This document shows positions 35,940 through 48,729 of a DNA stretch of 64,000 bases, piece after piece. A program made the translations under genes and the position numbers. The notes beneath the pieces are model-generated. The model made no database searches. It worked only from the letters and a program-made list of their open reading frames with translations, and was not told the origin of the DNA. Numbering within the stretch: the first letter of the stretch is position 1; every line of letters begins with the position of its first letter. The DNA is from Felis catus (Eukaryota), in assembly GCF_018350175.1 (NCBI RefSeq), contig NC_058368.1, positions 100,628,001 to 100,692,000 of the forward strand, in the 5' to 3' direction.

Positions 35940-36812
35940 TACATAACACCACTTCATGCTCATTCCCGTGGCTAAAATATGAAAAAGGAGAGGAACAAGT
36001 TTTGGTGAGGATACGGAGAAACTGAAACTCTCACACTGTTGCTGATGGGAATGTAAAACGGGGTAGCCTCTGTGCAGTTTGTGACTCTTCAAAAGGTTAA
36101 TCCCCCTGCTGGACATGTTACCCAGAAAATTTGAAAATGGGGACTCAGACAAATACTGGTACAGGGATGTTCATAACAGCCCAAACTGGGAAACCACCAA
36201 TGTTCATCAACTGGTGGATGGATAAACAAAATGTGGTACATCCACACAATGATATGCTATTTGGCCATTAAAAAAAAAAATGGCGGGGCGCCTGGGTGGC
36301 TTGGTCAGTTAAGCGTCCGACTTCGGCTCGGGTCATGATCTCGCGGTCCGTGAGTTCAAGCCCCGCGTCGGGCTCTGTGCTGACAGCTCAGAGCCTAGAG
36401 CCTGTTTCAGATTCTGTGTCTCCCTCTCTCTCTGCTCCTCCCCTGTTCATGCTCTGTCTCTCTCTGTCTCAAAAATAAATAAACGTCAAAAAAAAAAATT
36501 AAAAAAAAAAATGGTGCCAGCACATGATACAAAATGGATGAACCCTGAAAACATTATGCTAACCATTCTGAACAAAGCCAGAAACAAAAGGCTACACATG
36601 ATTCCATTCACAAGACATATCCAAAATAGGTAGATCCCTTAGGACAAAAAGTAAATTAGTGGGTTTTGGTAGCTGGGGGAGGGGAACAGCGGGGAGTGAC
36701 TACTTGATGCTTATGGGATTTCTTTTTAGAATGATGGGAACGTTGTGGAATTAGTAGTGATCAACAACATATTTTGTCAGTGTACTAAAAATCACTGAAT
36801 TGGATGCTTTAG
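35940..36812 (+). mobile_element. L1MB-type 3' end
   Basis: ggatggataaacaaaatgtggtacatccacacaat...ggatgaaccctgaaaacattatgctaa...tgtactaaaaatcactgaatt. Confidence 0.85.
36285..36510 (+). mobile_element. SINEC_Fc
   Basis: Full body inside L1. Confidence 0.96.
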
Positions 36813-36867
36813 AACATAAACCTGATAATACAGCTCAAGGAAAACTGCTACTTAAAATGAAAATAAT

Positions 36868-37056
36868 AGGGACACCTGGGTGCATCACTTGGTTGAGCCC
36901 CGACTTCAGCTCAGGTCATGATTTCACAGTTCATGGGTTCAAGCCCCGCATCAGGCTCTCTGCTGTCAGGTCAGAGCCCGCTTCGGATCCTCTGTCCTCC
37001 TCGCTCTCATCCCCTCCCCCCTTGCGTACTCTCTCTCAAAAATAAAATACATTTTA
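36868..37056 (+). mobile_element. SINEC
   Basis: Full body. Confidence 0.93.
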
Positions 37057-37384
37057 AGAAACAAACAAGTAAAATTTAAAAAAATGAAAATAATAAACAC
37101 ATATTCCAAAGGCATTTCAGAGACACTGCAAATATTTCATTCATAAGGCAACTAGTTTTCTTTGCCAATCCGGAATTTTCTGATGAAAATGGAAACAAGA
37201 CACCCCCCCCCAAAAAAAAAACGAGTGGTGAGGTTAGTAAAAATAAATACATCGATTTTGACATTACATTTTGAAAGATGTGTGTGTGTTCAGCTAAAAT
37301 AATTTCACACACACTAGCAGAAGTAAAGGTATGAAAGTTAGAGAAATACCATTGACTGTCATGGTGAGGAAACCCAAGTAACAA

Positions 37385-37490
37385 CAAGCCTGGGTTTCCA
37401 TCCCAGTTCTGTCACTTAATATGTGAATTGGGAAGTTCCTTAATGTCTCTAAAACTCATGCTTATCATTTGTAAACAGAGATAACAGCTC
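37385..37490 (+). mobile_element. MIR fragment
   Basis: cctgggtttccatcccagttctgtcactt...cttatcatttgtaaa. Confidence 0.7.
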
Positions 37491-39214
37491 CTGGTCGTAC
37501 CAATATCGAGGAATCCTGGATTATTCGCTTTAGAGAGTAACATGTCTTGAGCCCCGGCTCCTAGCTAGCAAGGCAACATGCTAGAAACATTATGTGTAAT
37601 TTCATTAAATCCTCACACACTTCCTGAGACCCAATTTTAACATATGAACCAAATGGATACTCCTTGCTGTGCACAGTTTACCCAGTACTATTGAAAACCT
37701 AATGCCTTCTAATCTCGAATCCACTCAAGCAATGCTTGATGCAAAATGATTACCTTCTTCACATTCCTTATGTTAAGATTCTGTTATCTTATGGACCATA
37801 CTTTGTTTGCAAGATTTCAAAACATCAATTTATGATAAAGTAAAAAAGTTAATGGCATTATTCTAATCTTTCCTGAAAGCTGTACCAAAAAAAAAAAATG
37901 ATGTATATTTTATTTCTATTTTATGTTTGACCGATCACTAGTGTCTTGCATACAAGCTCAAAGGTTTATCCCATAGAACGCTGAAGGAACTTGCCCCAAA
38001 TCTATAAAATTTGCTAAAAAGATAAACTACAGAAACCATTACTCAACATTTAATTGACACTGGGGTCTTCGTGTGTCCTGTTGGCATCTGAGAGGCTCAC
38101 TCTTGTACAACAGCATTCATTAGCTAAAAATAAATTTCAAAGGTGCAGATTCAGTGACAATAATAATAAACAAATGCCAAATTATTAAAATATATTATAC
38201 CCTCGCTCCAGCGATCGAAATGAGCTTGGAGTCTCTAAAAGTCCATGTGGCAATAAAAGTATGGCCCCCCAATGCATCAGAAATGTGAGTGTGAAAACCC
38301 TTTTTCTTTTAAAGAGTCTATAGAACATGTCCTGAGGTAATAATTCAAATACTAGACGTAGTATTGCTTCTATCTTTCGGTCTCACGTTTGATTGAACGC
38401 TTAGGAAACCTACCTCACAGGGAGATGCTGTGTCGGCCAGTCAACTCCGTAAAGCAGTCAAGGTTACTGAAACAGGCTGTGTTTATAAGACAAGGTCAAA
38501 AAGAATTTAAACCAGTCTTAGTGCATCTGAGTTAAGCCCTACTTTAGTTTTTGTTGTTGTTTTTTTTTTTCCCCGAAAGTTCCCGGTCTGTCCTTAATTA
38601 TTTCTATTCAACTCACCCTTTACACATACAGAGAGCCAAGTAGGGAGAATTGGGCCCATGGGTTTTACATTTTCATTAAAAGCCAGAGGTAACATACAAC
38701 CAACTTGAACTGTGGGTGGCAGCTCACGTTGCGATTTCTTCAGAGGAAATTTGACTGAACACATGGAGCTGGGCTGTGCAGCAAGATCACTGTTTGCTTT
38801 GTAAGTGGGCGCATGTAAAATGGTTTTTGGCAAGCCTTCACTAAAACTTCGTACATTGGTCCACAGCTGAATTATTGTCCTTTCTGCTACCTTTTAGTTA
38901 CCAAAATAAAAAGGTCAGATTCATGACACTTAAAAGGCAGTGCAAATGTGAGCTCTGTTAGTAATAACTGCTTGTAACAAATTTCTGTTTCTATTAACCA
39001 CGTTAGGCCTGCGTTATTTCCTACAGGTCATTGATTCTGTGAGCTCATCGAATGCTCCCCGACAGTGCTGAGCCGTTATATATGCATATCTGTAAATACA
39101 TGCAAATATATACAAATTACCAAATCATTTAACCTCTGTGTCTGTGTTTCCCTCAAAGTACTACACTTTGCAAGCTCCTAAAATATAAAGGCATACGTAT
39201 ATGTATATATGCAT

Positions 39215-39240
39215 ACACACACACACACACACACACACAC
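39215..39240. repeat. (CA)n microsatellite
   Basis: Direct. Confidence 0.95.
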
Positions 39241-39739
39241 TAAATTATAAACAAGTGAGAAAAGTATAGAGTGTATGTGTCTTATAGCACACACATTTCA
39301 TGGGGCAAAAGACAGTTTAGTTCAAACTTTAAATAATGGCAAAATGCTTAGAAAGTATCATCTGCTTACAATTACAAAATACTGAATACATTTATTTTTC
39401 AACGTAGATAGGCACTCCCATATTTCATAAGCGGTCTTCTATTAGATTTGTCCTCTGTAAATTGAATCAAGAAAGAACAATAACAATTAGGGGCTCCCTG
39501 GGGGAACATTTTGCCAATCAAATTTTTTTAACTCCTATATGAAAAAAAACACGTAAGTTATAAAATGAACTGGAAAAAACATGACCTACGTGACAAAGTA
39601 AGACCTAAACAGTGAATATATAAAGAATAATTTAAATCTATACGAAAAAATAATTGGTGATTTGTCTCAACATGAGTCATTCTGATTTTGTGGTTCAGGA
39701 GGTAAAATGACCGCACCTTTCCTGAGAAGAGTCAGCAAT

Positions 39740-40090
39740 ATTGTATCACGATGTAAATATGTCCACCCTTAGATGCAATAATTCCAACTCCAGGAATTAA
39801 TCCTAAGGAAATAACCAAATGAAAGAACAAAAAGCTATATGCACACAAACCATATAAATAAAAACATTTGAATATATAAATATGTATATGCACATTTATA
39901 TGTGTACATGATGGCGTTGTATATAATGCCCCCAAAACTTGACTCTTATCTCAAAAAAAAACCCATCAGGATTAATTTATTACGATACTCTTATAATGAA
40001 GTAAGTAAACTATTAAAAAATGATTATGCAGAGTTATATTGATCAACAGGAAAATTCAAGTATATTATTAAGTAAGAAACCAAGTTTTAA
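39740..40090 (+). mobile_element. Old L1 (L1ME-like) 3' fragment
   Basis: gcaataattccaactccaggaattaatcctaaggaaataa. Confidence 0.7.
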
Positions 40091-40105
40091 AATAGTTTTG
40101 GTCTT

Positions 40106-40320
40106 GGGGTGCCTGGGTGGCGCAGTCGGTTAAGCGTCCGACTTCAGCCAGGTCACGATCTCGCGGTCCGTGAGTTCGAGCCCCGCGTCGGGCTCTGGGC
40201 TGATGGCTCAGAGCCTGGAGCTTGTTTCCGATTCTGTGTCTCCCTCTCTCTCTGCCCCTCCCCCGTTCATGCTCTGTCTATCTCTGTCCCAAAAATAAAT
40301 AAACGTTGAAAAAAAAATTT
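40106..40320 (+). mobile_element. Young SINEC_Fc
   Basis: TSD aaaatagttttggtct. Confidence 0.97.
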
Positions 40321-40337
40321 AAAATAGTTTTGGTCTC

Positions 40338-40545
40338 AGGGCACTTGGTTGGCACAATCAGTTAAGTGTCCAGTGTGGGCTCAGGTCATTGATCTCTCCA
40401 TGAGTTTGAATCCTGTGTTGAACTCTTTGCTGACAGCTTGGAGCTGGGAACCTGCTTCGGATTCTATGCCCCCCCCCCTGCCCCTCCCCTGCTCGCACTC
40501 TTTCCCTCTTTCTCAAAAATAAATAAACATAAAAAAATTAGAAAA
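40338..40545 (+). mobile_element. Older SINEC sharing the same target site
   Basis: Followed by a third copy aaaatagtttggtc. Confidence 0.93.
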
Positions 40546-40819
40546 AATAGTTTGGTCCCATCGTTTTGTAAACAAAAAAAAAAGTGCATAAAATAACATT
40601 TTAATCTCTAAGCAGTGAACTTTCCTATGATTTTTTTCTACCTGTATTGTTTAACTTTTTTGCATTGTACTTATTATGCTTACAATTACAAAAATACCTC
40701 AACTTGATCATATTTACATTCTCTTTCCCAGTTTCTAGAAGAGCACACAATTATCGCTTGTCATTTTGAAGATTCCCTTCTCTCTGTTTGGGAACATTGG
40801 ATTTCTAAATAGCAATTTC

Positions 40820-41026
40820 TTTTTTTTTTTTTAAGTTTATTTATTTTGACAAAGAAGAGACAGCACGAGTGGGCAAGGGGAAGAGAGAGAGGGATAGAGA
40901 GAATCCCAAGTAGGCTTTGCACCGTCAGCCCAGAGCCTGATGTAGGGCTCAAACCCACGTATCATGAGATCACGACCTGACGTGAAACCAAGAGTCAGAC
41001 ACTCCACTGACTGAGCCACACAGGCA
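40820..41026 (-). mobile_element. SINEC
   Basis: Antisense body; TSD-like gcaattt(t)ct. Confidence 0.93.
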
Positions 41027-41425
41027 CACTTAATGTGCAATTTCTAACTTGCCCTTGACATGTGGAACACAACAGATCAATCGGAACGATAGAACAGTGA
41101 CAGGTATTTATGTTTCTTTTTCTTCCCCAACTCTTGTAGTACAGTTCTGTGAGAAATACATACAGTATTTACTCAGTAAATACTGCTTCAAATGTAATTT
41201 CGCGAGGACTCTGGAAGGTTTCCTGCACTGTTCATGGTAGTCTGATACTCATTTAAGGGCTAAGTTGAGTTACCAAAAAAAAATGAAATAAACTATACTT
41301 TGCTGAGGTTTTTTGTTTGTTTTGGTTTTGGTTTTTTTTTTTTTTCTAGATCAAATGAATTAACACAAAATCGAGTAAAACCATAATACATAGGAGGGAG
41401 AGATTTCCTTCATTTGAAAATGATT

Positions 41426-41654
41426 GGGGTGCCTGGGTGGCGCAGTCAGTTAAGCCTCCGACTTCAGCCAGGTCACGATCTCGCGGTCCAGGAGTTCGAG
41501 CCCCGCGTCGGGCTCTGGGCTGATGGCTCGGAGCCTGAGCCTGTTTCCGATTCTGTGTCTCCCTCTCTCTCTGCCCCTCCCCCGTTCATGCTCTGTCTCT
41601 CTCTGTCCCAAAAATAAATAAACGTTGAAAAAAATTTTTTTTAAATAAAAAAAA
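41426..41654 (+). mobile_element. Young SINEC_Fc
   Basis: CpG-rich consensus-like body; TSD gaaaatga. Confidence 0.97.
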
Positions 41655-42682
41655 GAAAATGACATGATTTATAAAACACAAAAGCCATCACCCAGTAGAA
41701 CAGCGATTTTCCTACATTATTTAGCAATCATGAAGCAGGACCCTGGGAATTTGGGGGGGGGCATTTTTTAAGAAGCTCTTAACTAGAGTTGGCATATGAG
41801 TTGAGGGTTTGAGTTCAGAGCACCGTGAAGATGTTTTTCTCGTCATCTGGTGAGAAACGTTGAGATCAGTAAGTAGGAGCTCACTAAACATGATGGAAAG
41901 CAGCGTTTTCAGTTTGTGTAGGAAGAGGGCAGAGCATGGTCATGTTCACCTTGTAGACTTGTTCCCCTGGACCCTCTAACATAATACCAAAAATTATATC
42001 ATCCATTCATCAAATATATTCATCCATCCGTTCTCAAAATGTAATTCAGGTCCTCAGATGTACTAGACTATTCTTTGCCACTGACTCGTCTTTGACTAGA
42101 GAAGTCACTCCATGGCACAGTTTTACATCCTTATCTGTAATGTTAAGATAATATACAATCCTTGAAGAGTTTAGTTCAGACGACTGGAATGATGTCATGT
42201 GAGGATCAGTTGCATTTTTTTATTGCTGCATTCTTCAGGTGGAGGAGGAGTTTTTTCCTCACTCCAAATTTTGTTGTGCTAGTCTGAAAGTAACGCATGC
42301 TGGTTGAAGGAGAAATTATGGCAGTCCCTAAGGAATAAAAGTTAAGCGAACTCACTCTCTGCCACCTTCAAATAACTGCATTAGTATTTTGGTACGTTTT
42401 TCTTTAGACAGGAGATTGCGAAAGGAAGCCGTGGATTCCGATTGCTTTGGTTCACACTCGATATACCAGTTCTAACTTTGTGACCTTGAGCATGGGACGC
42501 CAAACAAGGGACTCGGTTTGAGTTTCTCAAAGTGGCAGGACGGTGTTAGAGCAGATGCCTTACTGGTGGTTATGATAAATATATAGGTTAATGTATATGA
42601 AGTTCTTAGAACAGTGCTCTTGGACATCATCTCCAGTTAACAAATTTAAGCTGCTATTTCCTTTTTAAATTTATGAATTAAT

Positions 42683-42908
42683 GGGGCACCTGGGTGGCTC
42701 AGTCGGTTAAGCGTCTGACTTCGGCTCAGGTCATGATCTCGTGGTTCATGCGTTCGACCCCTGCGTCGGGCTGTGTGCTGACAGCTTGGAGCCTGGAGCC
42801 TGCTTGGGATTCTGTGTCTCTCTCTCTCTCTCTCTCTGCCCCTCCCCTGCTCATGCTCTGTCTCTCAATAATAAATAAATGTTAAAAACATTTTAAATAA
42901 ATAAATAA
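42683..42908 (+). mobile_element. SINEC
   Basis: TSD taaatttatgaattaa. Confidence 0.95.
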
Positions 42909-43047
42909 ATTTATGAATTAAATAGATGGAATCATAGTGTTTGGTATTCTGCTTTCTCACTTGACATGTATCTTAAGCATATTCTCCATTTCCTTTTATT
43001 CAACATATCTTTCCGTGTCAATTAATATAGAGGAATATAATCCCCCT

Positions 43048-43470
43048 TTTTTTTTTTTGAGAGAGAGAGCAAGCACAACACAGGGAGGGGCAGAGGGAGA
43101 GGGGAGAGAGAATCTTTTTTTTTTTTTTTTTTTTTAATGTTTATTGATGATTGAGAGACAGAGAGATACAGAGCATGAGCACAGGAGGGGCAGAGAGAGA
43201 AGGAGACACAGAATCCAAAGCAGGCTCCAGGCTCTGAACTGTCAGCAAAGAGCCCCACCCGGGGCTTGAACTTACAAACCATGAGATCATGACCTGAGCC
43301 AAAGCCGGACGCTTAGCTGACAGAGCCACCCAAGCACCACGGGAGAGAGAATCTTAAGCAAACTCCAGTGTGGAGCCCTATGAGGGGGCTTGATCTCACA
43401 ACCAAGAGATCATGACCTGAGCTGAAATTGAGAATCAGCCACTTACCTGACTGAGCCACCAAGACGCCCC
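43048..43470 (-). mobile_element. SINEC containing a nested same-orientation SINEC (43116-43339)
   Basis: TSD gggagagagaatctt around the inner copy. Confidence 0.92.
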
Positions 43471-44732
43471 TGTGTAATCGTTTTTAATCACTACACAGCA
43501 TTCAATTCTATGGATGTACCAAGTTGTTTAGCCAATGAAAGAAAACAGTCCTAACGGATCTATTATTTGATAATATAACCTCATCATGAAGATCCAAATT
43601 AAGTTATTAAGCCAAAAAAAAGTGAAAGTATACCTGCTACTAAATTTTGAAAGTGTTTTACTGGCTTCAAAAACTAATGTCAAAAGAAGGAGGAGGAGAG
43701 AGCACACCCTGATCACAAAAAGTATATAATGAAAAAAAACAACAAAAAAAAAAACTAATGTGCAATCCTTATAATGCTCCTGATTGTTTATCCTCAGAAA
43801 AAAAAATCTTTAAAAGCCAATCAAACTCTTTTTAGTTTTGGCTGGTTTCACCACCTATTAGATATTCCTGTAGATGGCTTCCAAAGGTGAACTGTCAATC
43901 GGTCAATTCTGTTTATTCACAGTGTGTGAAAATAACCAAGAAACAGCAGCAATTTATAAACTAAATGAAACAGCAGCCATTTATAAACCAAATTTTAATA
44001 AGAAGAGGACCCAATCAGGCTGATCTCAGATATTGGTGCTAAAAAAATACAGAAACCATTTCAGTATATATTTCTTTACAGAAACTTTTTGGTGACAGAG
44101 CGCTGTGAAGTTTAGGGTCTCATGGATATTTTTATTGCTATTTGATCATATTTACAGTGCCGTTGTTGAAAAAATCATCTGGTTAGCCATATCACCCAAG
44201 ATTTGAGTTCATGGTTATATCGGGCTCCCAGGCCAGCTTTCCAAGTTTTAAAGCCATCTTCTTATAGTCTCGGGAGGTTATATATATAGCCAGCAATATT
44301 ATTTTAACAATCTTAAAGAACAGTCCAAAAAGTTCTCGATTCCAGAAACATTTCAAATCTCTGTTTCACTAGCTCTTCCCATGTTTACCAGTATTTGGCA
44401 ATGTAGATAGCAATGACATCTGACAGCAGTATTTGTCTACACGGATAGGGGATGATTAACTTTAAATAAAGTTACTACTATTTCCATTTTCTCCTGGCCC
44501 AGTCCAAGTTCTTCAAAATCATGGGTTTGTGCTAAATTTGAAATTTTTGTGTAACCTGACCTACCTACAGGCTCAGCGCTTTGGACTTGGCCAGGTTCAT
44601 TCGCAGTCTTGGTAGACGACAGTGGACAAGTATTTTCAGAGCTAGAACTTAGTTTGGGACCGTGGAATGGGCAGCCTTAATCAAGATACCCCACATGTTC
44701 AACTTTTTTTTTTCTTTTTTTGCATTATCCTA

Positions 44733-44895
44733 ACCCGTGGTTCCTAAACTAGCCATGACTGGGAATTACTTGGGAATTTTTTAATGCAGATTCTTAGACC
44801 CAACCTCGAACGTACTGAATTAGAAACTCAGGAATGGAACCCAGGAATGTGTATTTATAACATCTTCTCCCCAAGAAATACTAATGCAGATAGTA
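44733..44895. mobile_element. MER5-type hAT MITE
   Basis: gtggttcctaaact...aatgcagattcttagaccc...tactgaattagaaactc...ggaatgtgtattt. Confidence 0.75.
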
Positions 44896-45112
44896 GACAC
44901 CTACCTCTGGTCTGGGATTTGAGACCCACTTCTCTGCCTAGGTTTGGCAGTATACTCATGTAACCAAATATTTCTAGCAACTTCCTGTGGGTTTTTCTGT
45001 GGGTAATACAAAAGAAAGTGTGCATAAGCCCTGTGCCCAAGCTTACTGAGCCAGTTTTCCAAAATAGACTCCATGAGATATTTATCGGTGTTGTATTAAA
45101 AAAGTGATTCAT

Positions 45113-45306
45113 GGGACGCCTGGGTGGCTCAGTCAGTTAAGTGTCCAACTTTGGCTCAGGTCGTGATCTCATGGTTTGTGGGTTCCAGCCCTGTGTCAGG
45201 CTCTGTGCTGACAGCACAGAGCCTGCTTGGGATTCTCTCTCTCTGCCCCTCCCTAACTCGTGCTTTCTCACTCTCTCAAAACAAATAAAGAAACTTAAAA
45301 AAAAAA
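45113..45306 (+). mobile_element. SINEC
   Basis: TSD aagtgattcatg. Confidence 0.95.
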
Positions 45307-45891
45307 TTAAGTGATTCATGATCAAATAAATGTGGCAAACTCCAGGACAAACAAATTTAACATACTCTTTTCTGAAGGATTTCTCGCGTCCTTTACTATG
45401 TTACGACTTTCCAAGAGGGAAGTTAAACTTCTTTGTACATGGAATTCTTTTTTCACAAGAGCAACTCTTAGAACTAGCGTTCCAAAGAAGACAGTTTTGG
45501 AAATGTTGAACTAAATTATCAGTTTCTTATAGACAGTGTCTGTGACTTCATATATTTTAACCCCCTCATAGTACCTAAAGCAAAGCTTAATAACACGTTA
45601 GTTTAATGAATTCTCACAGTCTAACAGGGTAGGTTTATCATCCAAGAGGACAAAGACTGGCAAAGCCCACAGAGTAAACTTGTCATTGGTTCCATTGCTT
45701 ATTTGTATTTCATCTCTCCTTTTGGAGTGTTGGCTCATATTGGTGCCCCCATTAAAGCAATAATTCCCTTCTGAATCTTCAATTCATTGGTCTCCTACCC
45801 CTGTTCAAAAATTAGGCTTCTTCATAAATGTTGATAGGCTAAAAAGCAAGCTGTTACATGTCAACTGTATTTCGAGGAAAGAAGATTTTTC

Positions 45892-46082
45892 GGGGCGCCT
45901 GGGTGGCTCAGTTAGTTAAGTGTCTGACTTCAGCTAAGGTCACGATCTCGTGGTTTGTGGGTTCAAACCCCATGTCGGGCTCTGTGCTGACATCTCGGAG
46001 CCTGGAGCCTGCTTTGGATTCTGTGTCTTCCTCTCTCTGCCCCTCCCATTTGCACTCTCTCTCTCTGAAATAAATACTAAAA
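45892..46082 (+). mobile_element. SINEC
   Basis: Full body. Confidence 0.95.
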
Positions 46083-46230
46083 TTTTTTTTTTAAACTTTT
46101 CATTTTTTTAATTAAAAAAAAAAAGGAAGTTGTGGCTGCAGAATGACACTGGGCACGTGACCATGGACACCGTAGGAGCCAAGGTCAGCATGCCTCAGGA
46201 GGTGAAAATGGAACATACATGCACCAACCT

Positions 46231-46912
46231 TTTATTATTTATTTATTTTTTATTTTGAGGGGGGCAGGGTGCACATGGGCAGGGGAGAAGGGCAGAGGGA
46301 AAGAAAGAGAAAATCCCAAGTAGGCTGCATGCTCAGTGCGGAGTCCAGTGCAGGACTCAATCCCACACCCCTGGATCATGACCTGAGCCAAAATCAAGAG
46401 TCATTCGCTAGGGGTGCCTGGGTGGCTCAGTCACTTAAGCATCCAACTTTGGCTCAGGTCATGTTCTCACGGTTTGTGGGTTTGAGCCCCGCGAGGGGCT
46501 CTGTGCTGACAGCTTGGAGCCTGGAGCCTGCTTTGGATTCTGTGTCTCCCTCTCTCTCTGCCCCTCCCCTGCTCACTCTCTGTCTCTCAAAAATAAATAA
46601 ATGTAGGGGGCGCCTGGGTGGCGCAGTCGGTTAAGCGTCCGACTTCAGCCAGGTCACGATCTCGCGGTCTGTGAGCTCGAGCCCCGCGTCAGGCTCTGGG
46701 CTGATGGCTCGGAGCCTGGAGCCTGTTTCCGATTCTGTGTCTCCCTCTCTCTCTGCCCCTCGCCCGTTCATGCTCTGTCTCTCTCTGTCCCAAAAATAAA
46801 TAAACGTTGAAAAAAAAAATTAAAAAATAAATAAATAAAAATAAATAAATAAATGTAAAAAAAAATTTTTTAAGAGTCATTCACTCAACCAACTGAGCCA
46901 CCCAGGCGCCCC
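46231..46912 (-). mobile_element. Outer antisense SINEC of a triple nest
   Basis: Split at aagagtcattc(g/a)ct; outer TSD tgcacca(a/g)ccttt. Confidence 0.9.
46411..46871 (+). mobile_element. Middle SINEC with a young SINEC_Fc (46607-~46840) in its tail
   Basis: Inner TSD ataaataaatgta. Confidence 0.92.
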
Positions 46913-47821
46913 CGTGCACCAGCCTTTTGAATCAAAGCAGATCAGAGCTTGTACAGAAATATATGGACACCAAGAAGGAGAATAATCAAAGCCCCAGGAA
47001 GATAGCTTACTAGTCCCGCAGCCCATTCTAGCAGAAGTGTCTTGCTAGGCATTTGCTGCCAGGCTGTAGTAGAGGAAAACATTGGACGGCATGGCAATGT
47101 GAACTTGGCAAACGAAAGATGAGAAGAAAATCAAAATAACAGTTTCTGTCATCAATTCTGCTTTCCCAGGACTTGTTTGATATTGTTTGTGTGCTTGATT
47201 CTAGGAGGCACGAAAATGCTTCCATTTTACTGGTGAAGGGCCAGCTGGAGTAAAAATCAAATGACTAAGAGCTGAGGTTTTACATCTTATCTTTTAATAT
47301 AGGGAAGAAAAGAAAAAAAGACCGTATCTTAGAGTGGTTTGAAACCAAATTGTTTTTCCTAGGCTGCATCATGCTTTGATGAAATGGGGGCGGTTTTCAT
47401 GATGTCATCCACATGGTTTAAATAAACAGAGTGCTAACATTAACAAGCTGCAATCCTAACAGAACCAGTGGGGGATTATGGTAGAGCTAATTTGATCAAT
47501 TACTTTTAGTTCCAGAGGTCTCTGGATGAGACAGAAGCCAGTATACACATTTTGGCAGATGAAAAATCAGTTTGGTCAACATGTACCCTCATGGTAATGA
47601 ACATTCTTTCAAACTTCATTTTTCATCCCCAAGATGAATCTCACTAATGCCAGTCACTGCTGTTCAAAAGCAGCCAAAAAGATAACTGTAAATACTTTTA
47701 GGAGCCAGAAACGTGCATTCCATGGGGTAGACTGACTAGTCTATTGGCTCCGCCATTGTGCCTTTATGTGTTGCATCTTTCATTTTGTTCTCGTTAGTTT
47801 CTTATTAAAAATGAATTGGAT

Positions 47822-48030
47822 GGGGGGCCTGGGTGGTTCAGTCAGCTAAGCACCTGACTTTGGTTAAGCGCCCGACTTTGGCTCAGGTCATGATCGCACG
47901 GTTTGTAAGTTCAAGCCCCGTGTCGGACTCTGCTGTCAGCGTAGAGCCCACTTCAGATCCTCTGTTCCCCTCTCTCTACCTCTTTCCTGATCACACTGGC
48001 ATTCTCTCTCTCTTTCAAAAATAAATTAGC
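47822..48030 (+). mobile_element. SINEC with internal ~18-19 bp duplication
   Basis: taagcacctgactttggt-taagcgcccgactttggc. Confidence 0.92.
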
Positions 48031-48288
48031 ATTTTTTAAAAGTTAATTGGAGCTAGAAATAACTATGTGAGGTTTTTAGTCACCGAATGCTAGACCCTCG
48101 TTAAGACTTGATATTTGGTAGGCATACATATTACTCAATTACATGAAACTAGTAAACACTTTCATGTCCGTGAAGTATATGAATGAGCTGAACCCTGAGC
48201 TTCAGAGACTTGACTTGGATTTATCAGCTTTATGAAATGTTAAATCTACAGAAGTGGTTTTTGTTGCTGTGTTGTTGTTTTTGTTTTG

Positions 48289-48308
48289 TGTGTGTGTGTG
48301 TGTGTGTG
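48289..48308. repeat. (TG)n microsatellite
   Basis: Direct. Confidence 0.9.
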
Positions 48309-48504
48309 TTGTGGGATTTTTTTTTCTTTTTTTGGTGTGTGTGAAAGAAAGAAATGCATAATAAAAGAAAGAGAACTAATTCCACGATGGCCCACTATAT
48401 ACCGGACACTAGCTTGATGGACGGGGTACAAAGTTGTGTAAGTCATGGGCCCTGACCTCACTCTAGTAGGGGAGGTGATGGGGACTAAACACTGCAATAT
48501 TAGA

Positions 48505-48714
48505 GGGGCGCCTGGCTGGCTCAGGTTGTTTAAGCATCCGTCTTTGGCTCAGGTCATGATCTCACAGTTCGTGAGTTCGAGCCCTGCGTTGGGCTCTGTG
48601 CTGACAGCTCAGAGCCTGGAGCCTGCTTCAGATTCTGTGTCTCCCTCTCTCTGCCCCCTGCCCTGCTTACACTCTGTCTCTGTCTCTCAAGAAGTGAATA
48701 AACATTAAAAAAAA
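48505..48714 (+). mobile_element. SINEC
   Basis: TSD aa(c/a)actgcaatat. Confidence 0.95.
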
Positions 48715-48729
48715 TGTTTTTAAACTGCA

